Position numbers and translations under genes: made by a program | The notes under the pieces: model-generated | Seen by the model: the letters and a program-made list of their open reading frames with translations, nothing else | Told to the model about the DNA's origin: nothing | Databases searched by the model: none | From: the human T2T-CHM13v2.0 reference genome, Homo sapiens | Length of the DNA: 64,000 bases | Assembly (NCBI RefSeq): GCF_009914755.1 | Contig: NC_060932.1 | Direction: 5' to 3' (one strand) | Part shown: positions 1-15,698 of the stretch, one piece after another | Layout of the letters: each line of letters starts with the position of its first letter | How positions within the stretch are numbered: position 1 is the stretch's first letter

Positions 1-54
1 CACCTTGCCACAGGGTAGATTGCTCAAGTGTGTATGTCATTTCTTCTTTATCTG

Positions 55-180
55 TCTGACTCTGATAAGCCTACAAAGATCTTCAGGGAAAGGATGAAAT
101 CTTATTCATCTGTACAACACTACAGTTAGCACACAACCCAGAACACAGTGAATCCTCAATCCATGTTGAATGACTCAACT
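55..180 (+). mobile_element. L2 3' end fragment
   Basis: cttattcatctgta...ttagcacacaacccagaacacagtg...ctcaat...gttgaatga resembles the L2 3' terminus; highly diverged. Confidence 0.5.
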
Positions 181-464
181 ATTCGGAAATAAATGTTGAA
201 GAGTAGAAAGAAATGGTTCCTTTTTCTTCCTACTAATAGGGAAGAGAGCCTCTCTCCAACCCCCAACCTCAAAAAAAGGAAAAGAAGAAAAAAGAAAGAA
301 CAAAAATGTTGAGTTATCATAAACTTTTCTAAAACTGGATGGCTCCAAGTAAATCAAACTTAACCCTACTCATACATAAATAAATAAATATTTGTTATGA
401 GTACATGTAAGTTATATGTGGATGTATTTAACGGTTCTTGCTGTTGATGTTGGAAAATTTTTAC

Positions 465-665
465 ATTAACTGACATCGAGTGCTTACTACATGTGGAACA
501 TTTTTCTAAGTACTATACATTTATTAAATCATTTACTATAATAATCCTATGAGGCAGGCACTATTCCATATTTCACAATTGAAGAAACTGAAGAGAGAGA
601 TGAAGTAATTTGCCTACCTACTGCATAGCAGAGCCAGGATTTATACTCAGGAAGCTTAGCTCTGT
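465..665 (-). mobile_element. MIR SINE
   Basis: gagtgcttacta...aatcctatgaggcaggcact...gaagaaactgaag...agtaatttgcc...gcagagccaggattt is the antisense MIR core. Confidence 0.75.
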
Positions 666-1164
666 AAAATTTTGGAAATAATTTACATTTGATATGCTTT
701 TAGAAAAAATTGAATTATTTCTCATGTTTGTTTTACACTGTAGGGTTGTTTTTATTTTTAAATTTTTTGTGAAAGGGAGAAGGCCAACTTGTCTTTTCTT
801 CATCTTGGAACTCTAAAGATCTTAATCTATCTTTGGCCTAAAAAGTTCTATGGCAAGAAAATAATCTAGTCAGAAAAATTTGAATCAAGGAAAATGGGCA
901 AAGTAAACTAGAGAAAATGTCCTGAATACAACTATGCCTAAATTATTATAGTCTTAGCTGAAGCAATATTTAGAATGCACAGGCTTGGGTGAGTTCTGTT
1001 TCCCACTATGATGAAGTAGCATGTGTTCAAACCAATACTCTCACTGAAATAACAAAAATAGCTAGCTAGATATATATTTTTAATGGCTGGAAGACATCAA
1101 AGAGTGGCAGAGGCAGCAAAAATTTTAAGTGCCAGGGTCTCAGATAAAAGGAAAATATATTGAG

Positions 1165-1539
1165 CGTCTTATTCCATTTGGACTGCTATAACAAAATACC
1201 ATTAACTAGGTAGCTTATAAACAACAGAAATGTATGTCTCATAGTTCTGGAGGCTGGGAAGTCCAAGATCAAGGCTCCTACAGATGTGGTCTCTTGTGAG
1301 AGCCCATTTCCTGCTTCCTAGATGGCACCTTCAAGCTGAGTCTTCACATGGTAGGACAGGCACACAGGACGAAGACAGCTATTTAGGGCCTCTTTTATAA
1401 GGAAATTTATCCCATTTATGAGGGCACTACCCTTATGATCTAACAACCTCCCAAAAAGGCCCACCTCCTAACACCATCACTTTGTGGGTTAGGGTTTCAA
1501 CATATGAATTTGGGGAAGACACAAACATTCAGTGAAGCA
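1165..1539 (-). mobile_element. MLT1A-type MaLR solo LTR
   Basis: gtcttattccatttggactgctataacaaaatacc...ttctggaggctgggaagtccaagatcaagg...caacatatgaatttgggg; flanks ttgag/ctgag (4/5 TSD). Confidence 0.9.
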
Positions 1540-2643
1540 CTGAGGTATAGACTCTGCATTTCCCACTGCTTTTCTTCTTAAATTATTGGATGATTCTTAA
1601 GTGGTGTGGGGCTTTTAGCATTCTCAGAAGCTGAAGAGAGAAAAATTGGAGTACAAATATTTAAATGCATTCAAGACTTGAGGGACTAAGATTGTAGACA
1701 GAGAGAAAAAAATGGAATCACAGAGAAGATATTCCAACAATCTGTACCGTTTTCCCCTTGAAGCATTTCCCAATTCCTAAACGGCATAAGACAAGAGGAC
1801 AAGAAGTGAAGCACAAAATGCAGCAAAGAGGCTAAAACAGAAAGGCAGAGTTTGGCAGTCGTGTAGTGACAGGGAGACCAAAATTATAGTTCAGATTCTC
1901 CAAGGAGTTGGAACCTGGTAAACCTAAGTTTTCATATCTCAAAACTGAAAGGCTAAGTCCTAGAAGAAATGAAAAACAGGAAATAGATGAGGACTCACAA
2001 AAGCCAGGATCCACCCTAGAATCATTACACTCTCTAATTGGATCAAGATAATTTTCCCCCTTTCTGACTACCTTCCAGAAAAATCGACCCTCTTTAAAGG
2101 AAGATGACATCTTTCAGAACCTCTAAAATTTTTCATACACCATTTTCAATTCAATCCCAAATCACTAAGCATGCCAGGAAATAGGTCTAACTGACCACAA
2201 TCTCTGAGGAAAAAATAGGCAATATAGGTAGACTCAAGTTATTCATTTTCTGTAATCATCAGACAGGGACTTTAAAATAACTCTAATTTGTATGTTCAAG
2301 AAAATATATGGCAAACTGGAGAATCCTCACGCAAAAATGAAATTTTAAAAAAGGAAAATATCAAAATTAAGTCACTAAAAAATACAATGGAAGGTAAAAG
2401 TACAATAGATGGGTTTAAGAGCAGAGAACATACACAAAAAAAGAAAACTAATGAAAAAGACAGATCAGCAGACAATATCTAGACTGAAGCATGATAAGAA
2501 GAATAGAAAATACAGAAAAATGTAAGAGACATTGGAATATGATGAAAGGCTAATGTGAATTTGAAAGATGAGAGAAAAGGAGCATAAAGAATAAGCAATA
2601 TTTGAAGAGAATGAAGAAATTTTCAAAACTTACAAAAAGACAC

Positions 2644-3093
2644 CGTGAAAGGAAAATATCTTGGGCCCCCAAAATCACGAAGCTGAAAGGAAAATTCAAG
2701 CTGGAAACTGCTCAGGCCAAACCTGTCTCCCATTTTATTCAAAGTCATCCCTCTGCTCACTGAGATAGATGCATTTTCTGATTGCCTCCTTCGGAAAGGC
2801 TTATCAAAAACCCAAAAGAATGCAACCATTTGTCTCTCTCCTACCTGTGACCTGGAAGCCCCTCCCTACTTTGAGTTATCCCCGCCTTTCTGGATGGAAC
2901 CAATGTACTTCTTACATATATTGATTGATGTCTCATGTCTCCCTAAAATTTATAAAACTAGGCTGTGCCCTGATGTCCTTGGGCACATGTTATCAGGACT
3001 TCCTGAGGCTGTGTCATGGGCATGTGCCCTCAACCTTGGCAAAATAAACTTTCTAAATTAACTGAGACCTGTCTCAAATGTTTGGGGTTTGCA
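2644..3093 (+). mobile_element. MER4A/MER4A1 ERV1 solo LTR inserted in L1 ORF1
   Basis: gtgaaaggaaaatatcttgggccccc...ctctgctcactgagata...ggcaaaataaactttctaaattaactgagacctgtctca; flanks acac/acgc. Confidence 0.9.
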
Positions 3094-3391
3094 ACGCAAA
3101 ACAACAAATTTAAAAAGTTCTATATACCGCCAAAAGGATAAATAACTATAAAGAAAATCACACCTAGAAACCTCATAATCAACCTGCTAAAAACTAAAGA
3201 CAATGCCAAAAATCTTAAAAACAGCAAGATAAAAACACCACATTAACTTTAAAGGACCAACAAAAGACTTTTCAACAGAAACTGTCAAATCCAGAAGATA
3301 ATGAAATAATAAACTTTGAAATGACAAAAGGAAAAAGTGCAAATTTTTTATTATATATACAGAGAAAATGTTCTTTAAAAATGAATGTGGA

Positions 3392-5870
<2,479 letters not shown>

Positions 5871-6610
5871 TAAAATGAAGGTGAGATAAAATATTTTCAG
5901 TAAAAAACTGAGAGAATTAATTCCAACAGAATCACACCAAATTTCTCAAGAGTCATTTAGGCATAAGAAAAATGATTCCAGATGGAAACACAGACATATA
6001 GAAAGGGTAAATATATAGATAAACCTAAAGAAATACTAATTTTATAAAATTAGAATGTTGTGTGGGATATAAAATAAATGTAGATTTCAAATATAGACTA
6101 TTAGCACAAAAGTAAAAGAGAGGAATAGAATTAAAGTGTCCTAGGACTCTTGCATTCTTGTATAAGTACAAATAGTCCCTTATTAGGTACAATGTAATCC
6201 TTGCAGTAGCTACTAAAAATAAACAAACAAACAAAAAAACTAAAGAACATACTGCTAATAAGCTAATAGAGGAGAAAAAATAATTTTAAAAATTACTTGA
6301 TTCCCAAAAGAAGGAGGAAAAAAGAGCAATAAATAATAATAGAAAGAAATGGTAAGATTAAAGATGTAATCTTAAACATATCAATAATTACCATAATATA
6401 TAAACTGACCAAATATTGCAATTAAAAGAAAATAAACATCATACTGTATTAATAGATATATTCTAACTCTTTGCTGTATGCAAGAGACACACTTTGAAAT
6501 CAAGAGTACAGAAAGGCTAAAAGTAAAAAGATAGATACATATATATCACACAAACTCTACCAAGACAAAGCTGGTGTAGCAATATTACTATCAATACATA
6601 ATACTTTATA

Positions 6611-6680
6611 GCTACTAGAGGCTGAGACAAGAGGATCACTTGAACCCAGGAAGTTGAGGCAGCAGTGAGCTATGGTTGTG
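6611..6680 (+). mobile_element. Old Alu right-arm fragment (AluJ/FRAM-like)
   Basis: gctactagaggctgagacaagaggatcacttgaacccaggaagttgaggcagcagtgagctatg. Confidence 0.8.
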
Positions 6681-6985
6681 GAGGAGAGGAGAGGTGGGGA
6701 GGGGAGGGGAGGGGAGAGGGGAGGAGGAAAAAGGAGAGGGGAGGGGAGAGGGGAGGGGGAAAAAAGGGGAGGGGGGAGAGAAGGGGAGGGGAGAGGAAGG
6801 GAGAAGAGGGGAGGGGAGAAGAGGGGAGGGGAAAGGAGGGGAGAAGAGGAAGGAAAGAAAACAAGGAAGGAAAGGGAAAGGATGAAGGAAAGAAAAGGAA
6901 AGGAAAAAGGAAAAGGAAAAGGGAAAGGGAAAGAAAGAGGAAGGAAGGAGGAAAAAGAAAGAGAAAGAAACAAAGAAAGAAAGAG
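6679..6985 (+). repeat. Polypurine low-complexity tract (GGGGA/GGAAA/GAAA)n
   Basis: ~300 bp of almost pure A/G; source of the spurious G/E/R- and P/S/L-rich ORFs. Confidence 0.95.
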
Positions 6986-7465
6986 TATAGCTATAGTACT
7001 TTATAGAAATATAAGCAAGAAATGCTACTAAAGATATAAATACTTCATAATTTACCTTTCCAAATATGTACACATTTAATAGCATCAAGATAAATTTTAA
7101 AAATCACAATCAAAGTCTTAATTTAAAACATCTTTCTTGGTAACTTACACAACCAGCAGAAAAAAGTAGAAATATAGATTTAAATTACAAAATTAACCAA
7201 TTTGACCTAATTAATATATTAGTCAATATTTGAAAAACGGTGACCTCAAAAATTGCAAAATACACATTTTTTTTTCAAATGTATTCACCAAAATTGGCTA
7301 CATGCTGGGCCACAAGTAAGGTCTTGACACATTATAAATGACTGAAATCACAGAGAATACTCTTTGCAAACAGTGGATTAAAGCTAGGAATCAATATTAG
7401 AAAGACAAATAGAAAATCCCTGAATGGAAATTAAGCAATGCATTTCTCAGTTGTCCATGGGTTAA

Positions 7466-7818
<353 letters not shown>

Positions 7819-8221
7819 AGCATACTTCCTCTTATTGTGCTTTGCTTTACTGTGCTTCACACATACTGTGATCTTTACAAACTGAACGTTTGTGGCAACC
7901 CTGCATCAAGCAAGGCTAGCCGTGCTGTTTCTCCAACAGCATGAGCTCAAATCATGTCTCTGTGTCACATCTGGGTAATTCTTGCAATGTTTTTAAACAT
8001 TTTTCATCTGTTATGGTGATCAGTAATCAGTAATCAGTAATCTTTGACGTTACTTTTGTAATTGCTTTGGGGCACCACAAACCATGCCCATAAAATATGA
8101 AAAACTTAATTGATAGATGTGTGTGTTCTGACTGCTCCATTGATTGGCCTTCCCTCATCTCTCGCCCTCCCCTGGAGCTTCCCTATTCCCCGAGATACAA
8201 CGTTAAATTAATAATCCCACA

Positions 8222-9700
8222 ATGGCCTCTAAGAGTTCAAGTGAAAGGAAGAGTTGCATGTCTCTCACTTTAACTTAAAAGCTAGAAATGATTAGACTTA
8301 GTGAGAAAAGCGTGTTGAAAGCCAAGACAGGCTGAAAACTAAGCCTCTTGTGCCAAACAGCCAACTATACTGCAAAGAAAAAGATCGTGAAGGAAATTTA
8401 AAATGCTACTACAGTGAACACACGAATGATTAAAAAAAAAAAGCAAAACAGCTTTATGTTCATATGTAGAAAGTTTTAGTAGCCTGGAGAGAAGATCAAA
8501 TTAGCCACAACATTTCCTTAAGCCAAAGTCTGTTCTTAAGCCAGTCCCTAAGTCTCTTCAATTCTATAAAGGCTGAGAGAGGTAAAGAAAATGCAGAATA
8601 AAACTTTGAATCTAGCAAAGGTTCATGAAGTTTAAGGAAAGAAGCCATCTCCATAACATAAAAGTGCAAGATGAGGGCAACCCGCTCGGGTCCCCTTCCA
8701 CGCTGTGGAAGCTTTGTTCTTTCGTTCTTTGCAATAAATCTTGCTGCTGCTCAAAAAAAAAAAAAAAAAAAAAATGCAACATGAAGCAGCAAGTGCTGAT
8801 GGAGAAGCTGCAGCAAGTTATGCAGAAGATCTAGCTAAGATCATTGATGAAGGTGACTATACTTCAAAACAGATTTTCAATGTGGATGAAATCGCCTCTG
8901 ATTGGAAGAAGATGCCATCTAGAACTTTCATAGCTAGAGAGAAGTCAATGGCTGGCTTCAAGGCTTTAAAAAACAGGCTGACTCTTTGTTAGGAGCTAAT
9001 GCAAGTGGTAACTTTAACTTGAAGTCAGTGCTCATTTACCATTCCAAAAAATTGTAGGGCTCTTAAGAATTATGCTAAGTCTACTCTGCCTGTGCTCCAT
9101 AAATGGAACAAAAAAGCCTGGATCACAGTACATCTGTTTACAGCATGGGTTACTATGTTAAGCCCATTGTTGAGACCTACTGCTCAGAAAAAAAGATCCC
9201 TTTCAAAATATTACTGGTAATTGACAATGCACCTGGTCACTCAAGAGCTCTGATGAAGATATACAAGGAGATTAATGTTGTTTTGATGCCTGGTAACACA
9301 ACATCCATTCTGCAGCCCATGGATCAAGAAGTAATTTCAACCTTCAAGTCTTATTATTTAAGAAGTGCATTTCATAAGACCATAGCTCTTAAAGTATATA
9401 AATAGTGATTCCTCTGATGGATCTGGGCAAAGTAAATTGAAAACCTTCTGGATAAGAGTAATTATTCTAGATAACATTAAGAAGATTCATGATTCATGGG
9501 AGGAGGCCAAAATATCAATATTAACAGGAGTTTGGGAGAAGTTGAGTCTAACCTTCATGGATGACTTCCTATAGGGGTTGAAGACTTCAGTGGAGGAAGT
9601 AACTGCAGATGAAAGTGGTTTCTTGAGATGGAATCTACTTCTGGTGAAGATGCTGTGAATGTTGTTGAATGACAATAAAAGATTCAGAATATTACATAAA
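8222..9700 (+). pseudogene. Disrupted Tigger1 (pogo-family DDE) transposase
   Basis: Starts atggcctctaagagttcaagtgaaagg; ORF pieces [25 protein letters not shown] and [35 protein letters not shown]; stops and frameshifts. Confidence 0.9.
8675..8774 (+). mobile_element. LTR12 (ERV9) R-region retrocopy with poly(A) tail
   Basis: ggcaacccgctcgggtccccttccacgctgtggaagctttgttc...aataaatcttgctgctgctc followed by A22; TSD aaaagtgcaagatga/aaaatgcaacatga. Confidence 0.85.
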
Positions 9701-10119
9701 GTATGTTGACAAAGCAGCAGTAAGGTTTGAGAGGATTGATTCCAATTTTCTACTATGGGTAAATGCCATCAAACAGCACTGCATGCTACAGCAAAATCCA
9801 TGATGAAAGGAAGAGCCAACCGATGTGGTAAACTTCACTGTTGTCTTATTTTAAGAAATAGCCATAGCCACCCCAACCTTCAGCAATCGCCAGCCTGATC
9901 AGTCAGCAGCCATCAATACTGGGGCAAGACACTCCACCAGCAAAAAGATTAGAACTTGCTGAAGGCTCAGACGATCATTAGTAATTTTTAGAAAATAATT
10001 TTTTATATCACAGTAATTTGTGAAAATGCATTATTAGCATTTTTAGAAAAATTATTTTCTAAAAATTAGCAATTTTAGAAAATAATATTTTATATTCCAA
10101 TAACCTATAAAAATGCATT

Positions 10120-10580
10120 ATCTCTAAATATATACTATTTATAACTATTATATATAATTATATCAATTATATATTATATATAATTATATCATATATTATA
10201 TATAATTATATCAATTATATATTATATGTTACTATATATAGAAATATATATATTTCTAAATATATACTATTTATAACTGTAATATATAATTGATATAATT
10301 AATTATATAATATATAACAAAGATTATTATATAATATATAATTAATATAATTAATTATATAATATATAACAAAGATTATATAATATATAATTAATATAAT
10401 TGATTATATAATATATAATTAATATAATTAATTATATAATATATAATTAATATAATTAATTATATAATATATAATTAATATAATTAACTATTATATATTA
10501 GTATAATATAATTATCATATAATATAATTAATAAATTAATACCTAATTAATTATATATAAATAATTATAATAAAATATAA
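10120..10580. repeat. AT-rich low-complexity/minisatellite expansion inside Tigger1
   Basis: Repeated ataattatatcaattatatatt and taatatataattaatataattaattata units. Confidence 0.95.
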
Positions 10581-10861
10581 TGCTTTTAAAAACATAATGC
10601 CATTTCACACTTAATAGATTACTGTATAGTATAAACATAACTTTTATATGTACCGAGAAACCAAAACATTTGTGTGACTCACTTTATTGCAATGTTCACT
10701 TTCACTTTATTGCAGTGGGCTGGAATCAAACCTGCAATATCTCTGAGAAATGCCTGTACACTGCAACCTATAAACATTTTGAACTGAATGACAAAAATAT
10801 ATCAAAACTTACATGCAACACTACTTAATGACTCGGCATATATATGTTTATGTTAAAACTG

Positions 10862-13328
10862 AGGTTCTACTTTTGAAGTGGCACTTTGAAAAGCTCCATG
10901 GACCTGTTCCCCAATGACTTAAGTATAACTTGTGAAAATACTTTTTAAAATCATATATATAAAGTCCCTAATAATCCTTCTAAGGGCATATAGACAATGC
11001 AGAAACATTCATTCAAGAAAATATACTAAAACTCTGAAAGAACACTGAGGATCTGGAGCACTTGAATTAAGATCCAGTTCCTCCTTAACCCTCAGCTCAG
11101 TTTGATAAAAGCTCCTCCCTTGAGAAGATGTGGCCAATAAGTCTGGCCTCCTTTTCCCATTAGCTCTCAGTCAAGGAATATAATTATCTCCTTGGAAAGG
11201 TAGGACACCAGCCTTTCTCCAGCTCTAAGGTTAGTGAGTGCACCCAAGAGGTTGGAGACTCCCTTGTTCTATCTATCCTCCATTCATAAGGCAGAGACTC
11301 TACTCTAAGCACAGCAGATCAAAAATACCAGGGCTCGTATTGCCCTCAATGCAGCTTGCTTTTAGAGTAGAGGTTCTATGCCAGGGAAGGCAATTTGAGA
11401 AGACTAGAGTCTACTATCACTGCCTCATGCCTAAAGCAGTTATTCAGAAATTTTTCCCAGATGGAGAGGCCGTCCATAAGAACAGAGAGCTCTGAAGCTC
11501 TCCCCCAAGGGAGCTGACTTTATTTGTAATAGAGTGTGTAAAAGTTCAAGTTTAAGGGTGCTCTCAAAAACAATGGAGATTTTGATGGTAAACAATTGAG
11601 AGGAGGTGGATAACTATAGAAGAGCAAAAGCTAACCTGCAGACCAGCTAGTTTATCAAAGAGAACTAGGAAAGGAGATAGCTAAAAACATCATTCCTGGG
11701 ATGAGAACAAGCCTCAAATATCAACCGCCAGAACTTCACTGGATGAATTTAATTGGATCAGACTTAAATAATTTATGCCCAAGAGCATTTAAGAAATACT
11801 AGAAAAATCAGCAAAAAATTAGTGGAGCCTAACAGCTGGGTGTGATATCAAATGAAGCAGACCATATAACAGAGAGACTGGGAAAGAGACGGCCAAATAT
11901 AGCTCTACCAAAACCAGTCATTCCAGGGTGATGTGAGTATGCCCAAGGCTGTGCCCTCTGAAAATAAATAGTGAAGGCTTTGCAGTGTAGGGAAAATAGA
12001 CCTCACTAAAATAGTTTAATCAAGTCATTAAAAACAACAACAAAAAACCCCCAAGCAAACAGCAACAGAAACTCCAGAGAAGAGAGAAGAATCAGAATCC
12101 CAAATTCCTATACTATATTACCTTAAAGGTCCAGCTTTTAATGAAAAGTCATGAGACATCCAAAGAAAAAGGAAAATGTAACTCATACACGGGAAAAAAA
12201 GCAGAGAAAGAAACTATCTGTGAGATGATTTAGATGTATTTTAGAAAGATTTCAAAGCAGCTATTATAAATATGTTAAAAGAACTAAAGAAAATCATACT
12301 TTATGAAGTAAAAGAGGCTACAATGACAATGCCTCATCAAATAGAGAATATCAATAAAGAGATAGAAATTATATTAAAAAACCAACTGGAAATGCCAGAG
12401 TTTAAAAGTAGAATAACTGAAATGAAAATTTCACTACAGAGAAATGATAGTAGATTTAAATGGGTGGAAAAAAGAATGAGTGAGGCTGAAAATAGTTTGG
12501 TAGAGAACATGCAATCTGAAGAGCAGAAAGAAAAAGAATGAAGAAAATGAACAGAGACAGCCTCAGAGAATTATTGGACATCAATATGTGTATAAAACAC
12601 ATGCACCTATGCACACAATTTCCAATTTAAATAAAAGCATTAATGTACACATTAAAGAAGCTAATGAACTCCAAACAGGATAAACACAAATAGATCCACA
12701 CCCAGACATATCATAGTTAAAATGCTGAAAGACAAAGACAAAAAAAAAAAATTGAAAGCAGCAAGAGAAAAATGGCTCATTACATGTAAGGAAACCTTAA
12801 TAAGATTAACAACTGACTTAGCAGAAACAATGGAGGCCAGAAGCCAGTGGGATTACATATTTAAAGTGCTGAAAGAAGACAGCTGTCAACCAAGAAGCCT
12901 ATATCCAGCAAAACTATCTTTCAAAAATGAAGGCAAAAATAAAGATATTACTAGATAAACGAAAACAGACCAAATACATTGATAGTAGATCTACTTCACA
13001 AGAAATACTAATGGAAGTTCTTCATGCTTAAAGCAAGTGACCTCGGATAAAAAGAGTATCAGAAAAGGTAATTGTGTAATTATAAAAGATGTCACAAATG
13101 CATATTTCTTCTTCTTTCTTCTCTTGGCTCATTAAAAAAGCAATTGTATAAAACTATATATATAATTGTATATTGGAGTTGTAAAGTACAGAATTGTAAA
13201 ATATTGTTGTAAAATATTCAACAACAACAGCACAAAGGAAAAGGGGGAAGAGCAAAGCTGTATTAGAGTAAGAAAATAACACCATATGGTAATTTGAATC
13301 CACAGGTATAAACAGAGAACCAGAAAAG
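10862..13328 (+). mobile_element. Second old L1: 5'UTR + ORF1 + inter-ORF only (no ORF2)
   Basis: ORF1p remnants 12272-12541 (coiled coil) and 12722-12958 (LKAAREK..IRLTTDLAETMEARSQWDYIFKVLKE..CQPRSLYPAKLSFKNEG). Confidence 0.85.
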
Positions 13329-13383
13329 ATGCAGAAACATAGACCAGAAAAATTAAATCATTTGCCCAGGATCAAAAAGCCAA
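13329..13383 (-). mobile_element. Short antisense MIR segment
   Basis: atgcagaaacatagaccagaaaaattaaatcatttgcccaggatcaaaaagc resembles atgaggaaactgaggcccagagaggttaagtaacttgcccaaggtcacacagc. Confidence 0.55.
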
Positions 13384-13984
13384 AGAATTTTGATACTAAT
13401 TCAACACCTTATTAATAGGGTTATCTGGTTTTACAACCCAATAGACATAGCAAAGTAGAATAAAGCCAAGGTGCTCAAGAAAGCAAAACCAACATCTGAA
13501 AGGCACATACAAACTGTTAGAAGCAGACACAAAAATCTTCCAAATCACCATCACTTGCAGTCATAAAGGGTTACAGCAAAGTTACTGAAATACTGGTAAA
13601 AATAGCACCCTTGCATTGTGCTTTATAATTTACATAGCACTTTCACAATTCTATTTTCTTTGACCCTGAATTAATAAAAGCATTTAATTTTTAAAATGGC
13701 TGATAATCCATGATTTAAATTTCTATCTCATAGTTGGGAAAAGAAGAGCATCATAAAACTAAAGAAAGTAGAAAGAAGGAAATAATAAAATGAGAAGAAA
13801 CTATGGAATGGAAAACAAGGTATAATAGAGAAAAATGAGAAGATAGAAGTTGGTACTTTGAACAAATTAATAAAAGTAATAACTCCTTAGAAGAGTGATC
13901 AAGAAAAAAAGAGAAGTCTCAAATTACCAATATCTGTAATAAAAAGGGAACATAATTACAGATCTTACAGCTGTTAAGAAATAA

Positions 13985-14296
13985 CAGATTTCACAGGCTC
14001 TAGAAGATACCTTAGTGGTCACCCAGTCCTATCTACCTTTCAGTGAAGAAATCCCCTCTAGACTGTCACTAAGGAGTAGTAAGCACCTGCTGCTTGAATA
14101 CTTTCCCGTAACAGTGAGCTCTCCATTACAAAATGTCAGGTCTTACAATTGTGGAACTACTCTAACTGTTAGAAGGTTCCTTATGATGAACCAAATGTCT
14201 CCTCCCTAAAACTTTACTATAAGATTTAAGTTTTTCTCTTTGATACTATGTTCACATGGCTGCCCTTCAGAGATCTCAAGGAGCGGCTATTACATC
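13985..14296 (-). mobile_element. L3/CR1 LINE 3' fragment
   Basis: agataccttagtggtcacccagtcc...tgcttgaatactt...actctaactgttagaaggttcct...ggctgcccttcagagat. Confidence 0.65.
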
Positions 14297-14848
14297 TGTG
14301 GCAGCAGTTGCTAATTGTCCTCTAATATCCATTTTCTCTTTCTTCCATAGATATAGAATCTTTAGCTTGTTAATAGCTGCAAAGAATAAAGACATTTCCT
14401 AACTCCCCTTCTAGCTCTGTGGCTTTATGATTAAGAACAGGCCAATGGGATGTAAATAGATATGTCATGTGGTAGCTTCCAGAATTTTCCTTAAAAACAA
14501 ATAGGCAAACAAACTTGTCTAAGACTTTTGCCCCCTTTTTATGTTAATTCCTTTTACCATTCTACTGCTTGGGACCATGAGTATGGTGACTACCACTGTA
14601 GACCATAAGGAAGTGGGCTGTACACCCTAAAGATGGATGGCGGGGCTGTAAGCTGGAAGAAGCTTAGGTTCCTGAAGACTTCTTGGAGAAAAGCTGCCAT
14701 TTCAAGGCTACATTGCTTTTCTATGGACTTTTACATGAAAGAGAGAGAGGGAGAGAGACAGAGAGAGAGAGGGAGAGACATAAAGAGGGAGATTTCCATT
14801 TTATTTAAGATACCACTATTACATGCCAAACCTATTCCCAACTGTTAG
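14297..14848 (+). mobile_element. Old MLT1 (H/I/J-type) MaLR LTR
   Basis: tgtggcag...gaataaagacatttcct...ggccaatgggatgtaa; contains a GA repeat. Confidence 0.7.
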
Positions 14849-15400
14849 CATGTCCACCATCAAAAACATCTTGTGCAAGTGAAATATCACATGTTTAATA
14901 AGCTGTGGAATGTTATAAAATTTCCAGGAGTCCCTAAAGAAGAAAATAGAAGTGCGTTCTAAAAGCATTGCAGAAGAAATACTGGAAAACAGCTCTTTAT
15001 TTCTCTGAGTATTAAATTAGTAAACTTTAATATTTGGTAATGTTCATGCAAAGACTGTTTAAAGTCTTCCTGGACATGGAAGAGTCATATGGATTGATGT
15101 CTAAGAAAAAGAAGAAAAGAGACATCAAAATCACTACAGGAGTAAAAATGGCCTCTTCTTTCACCCTGCCTGCCTGCCTTTTTGCAGTTTGAATGAGGTA
15201 AATAATTCTTTTCTCAGAGAGAAAGAGTTTCTCACAGGAAACTAAGGATTTTGTTTTCTAAGAAAATGGTCCACAAATCACCTCTTTATATTTAATCTCC
15301 CATATAAAAGGAAAGTTACAAAATATTATTTTTCCATCAACAGCATCCAGTACAATTAGCACAAATGTTATAATAGAATCTGTGTTTTTGCTCTTTTTTA

Positions 15401-15698
<298 letters not shown>

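Noticed and set aside
6557-7088. Several long overlapping ORFs (up to 150 aa)
   Set aside because: They arise from the stop-free polypurine/polypyrimidine tract and translate as low complexity.
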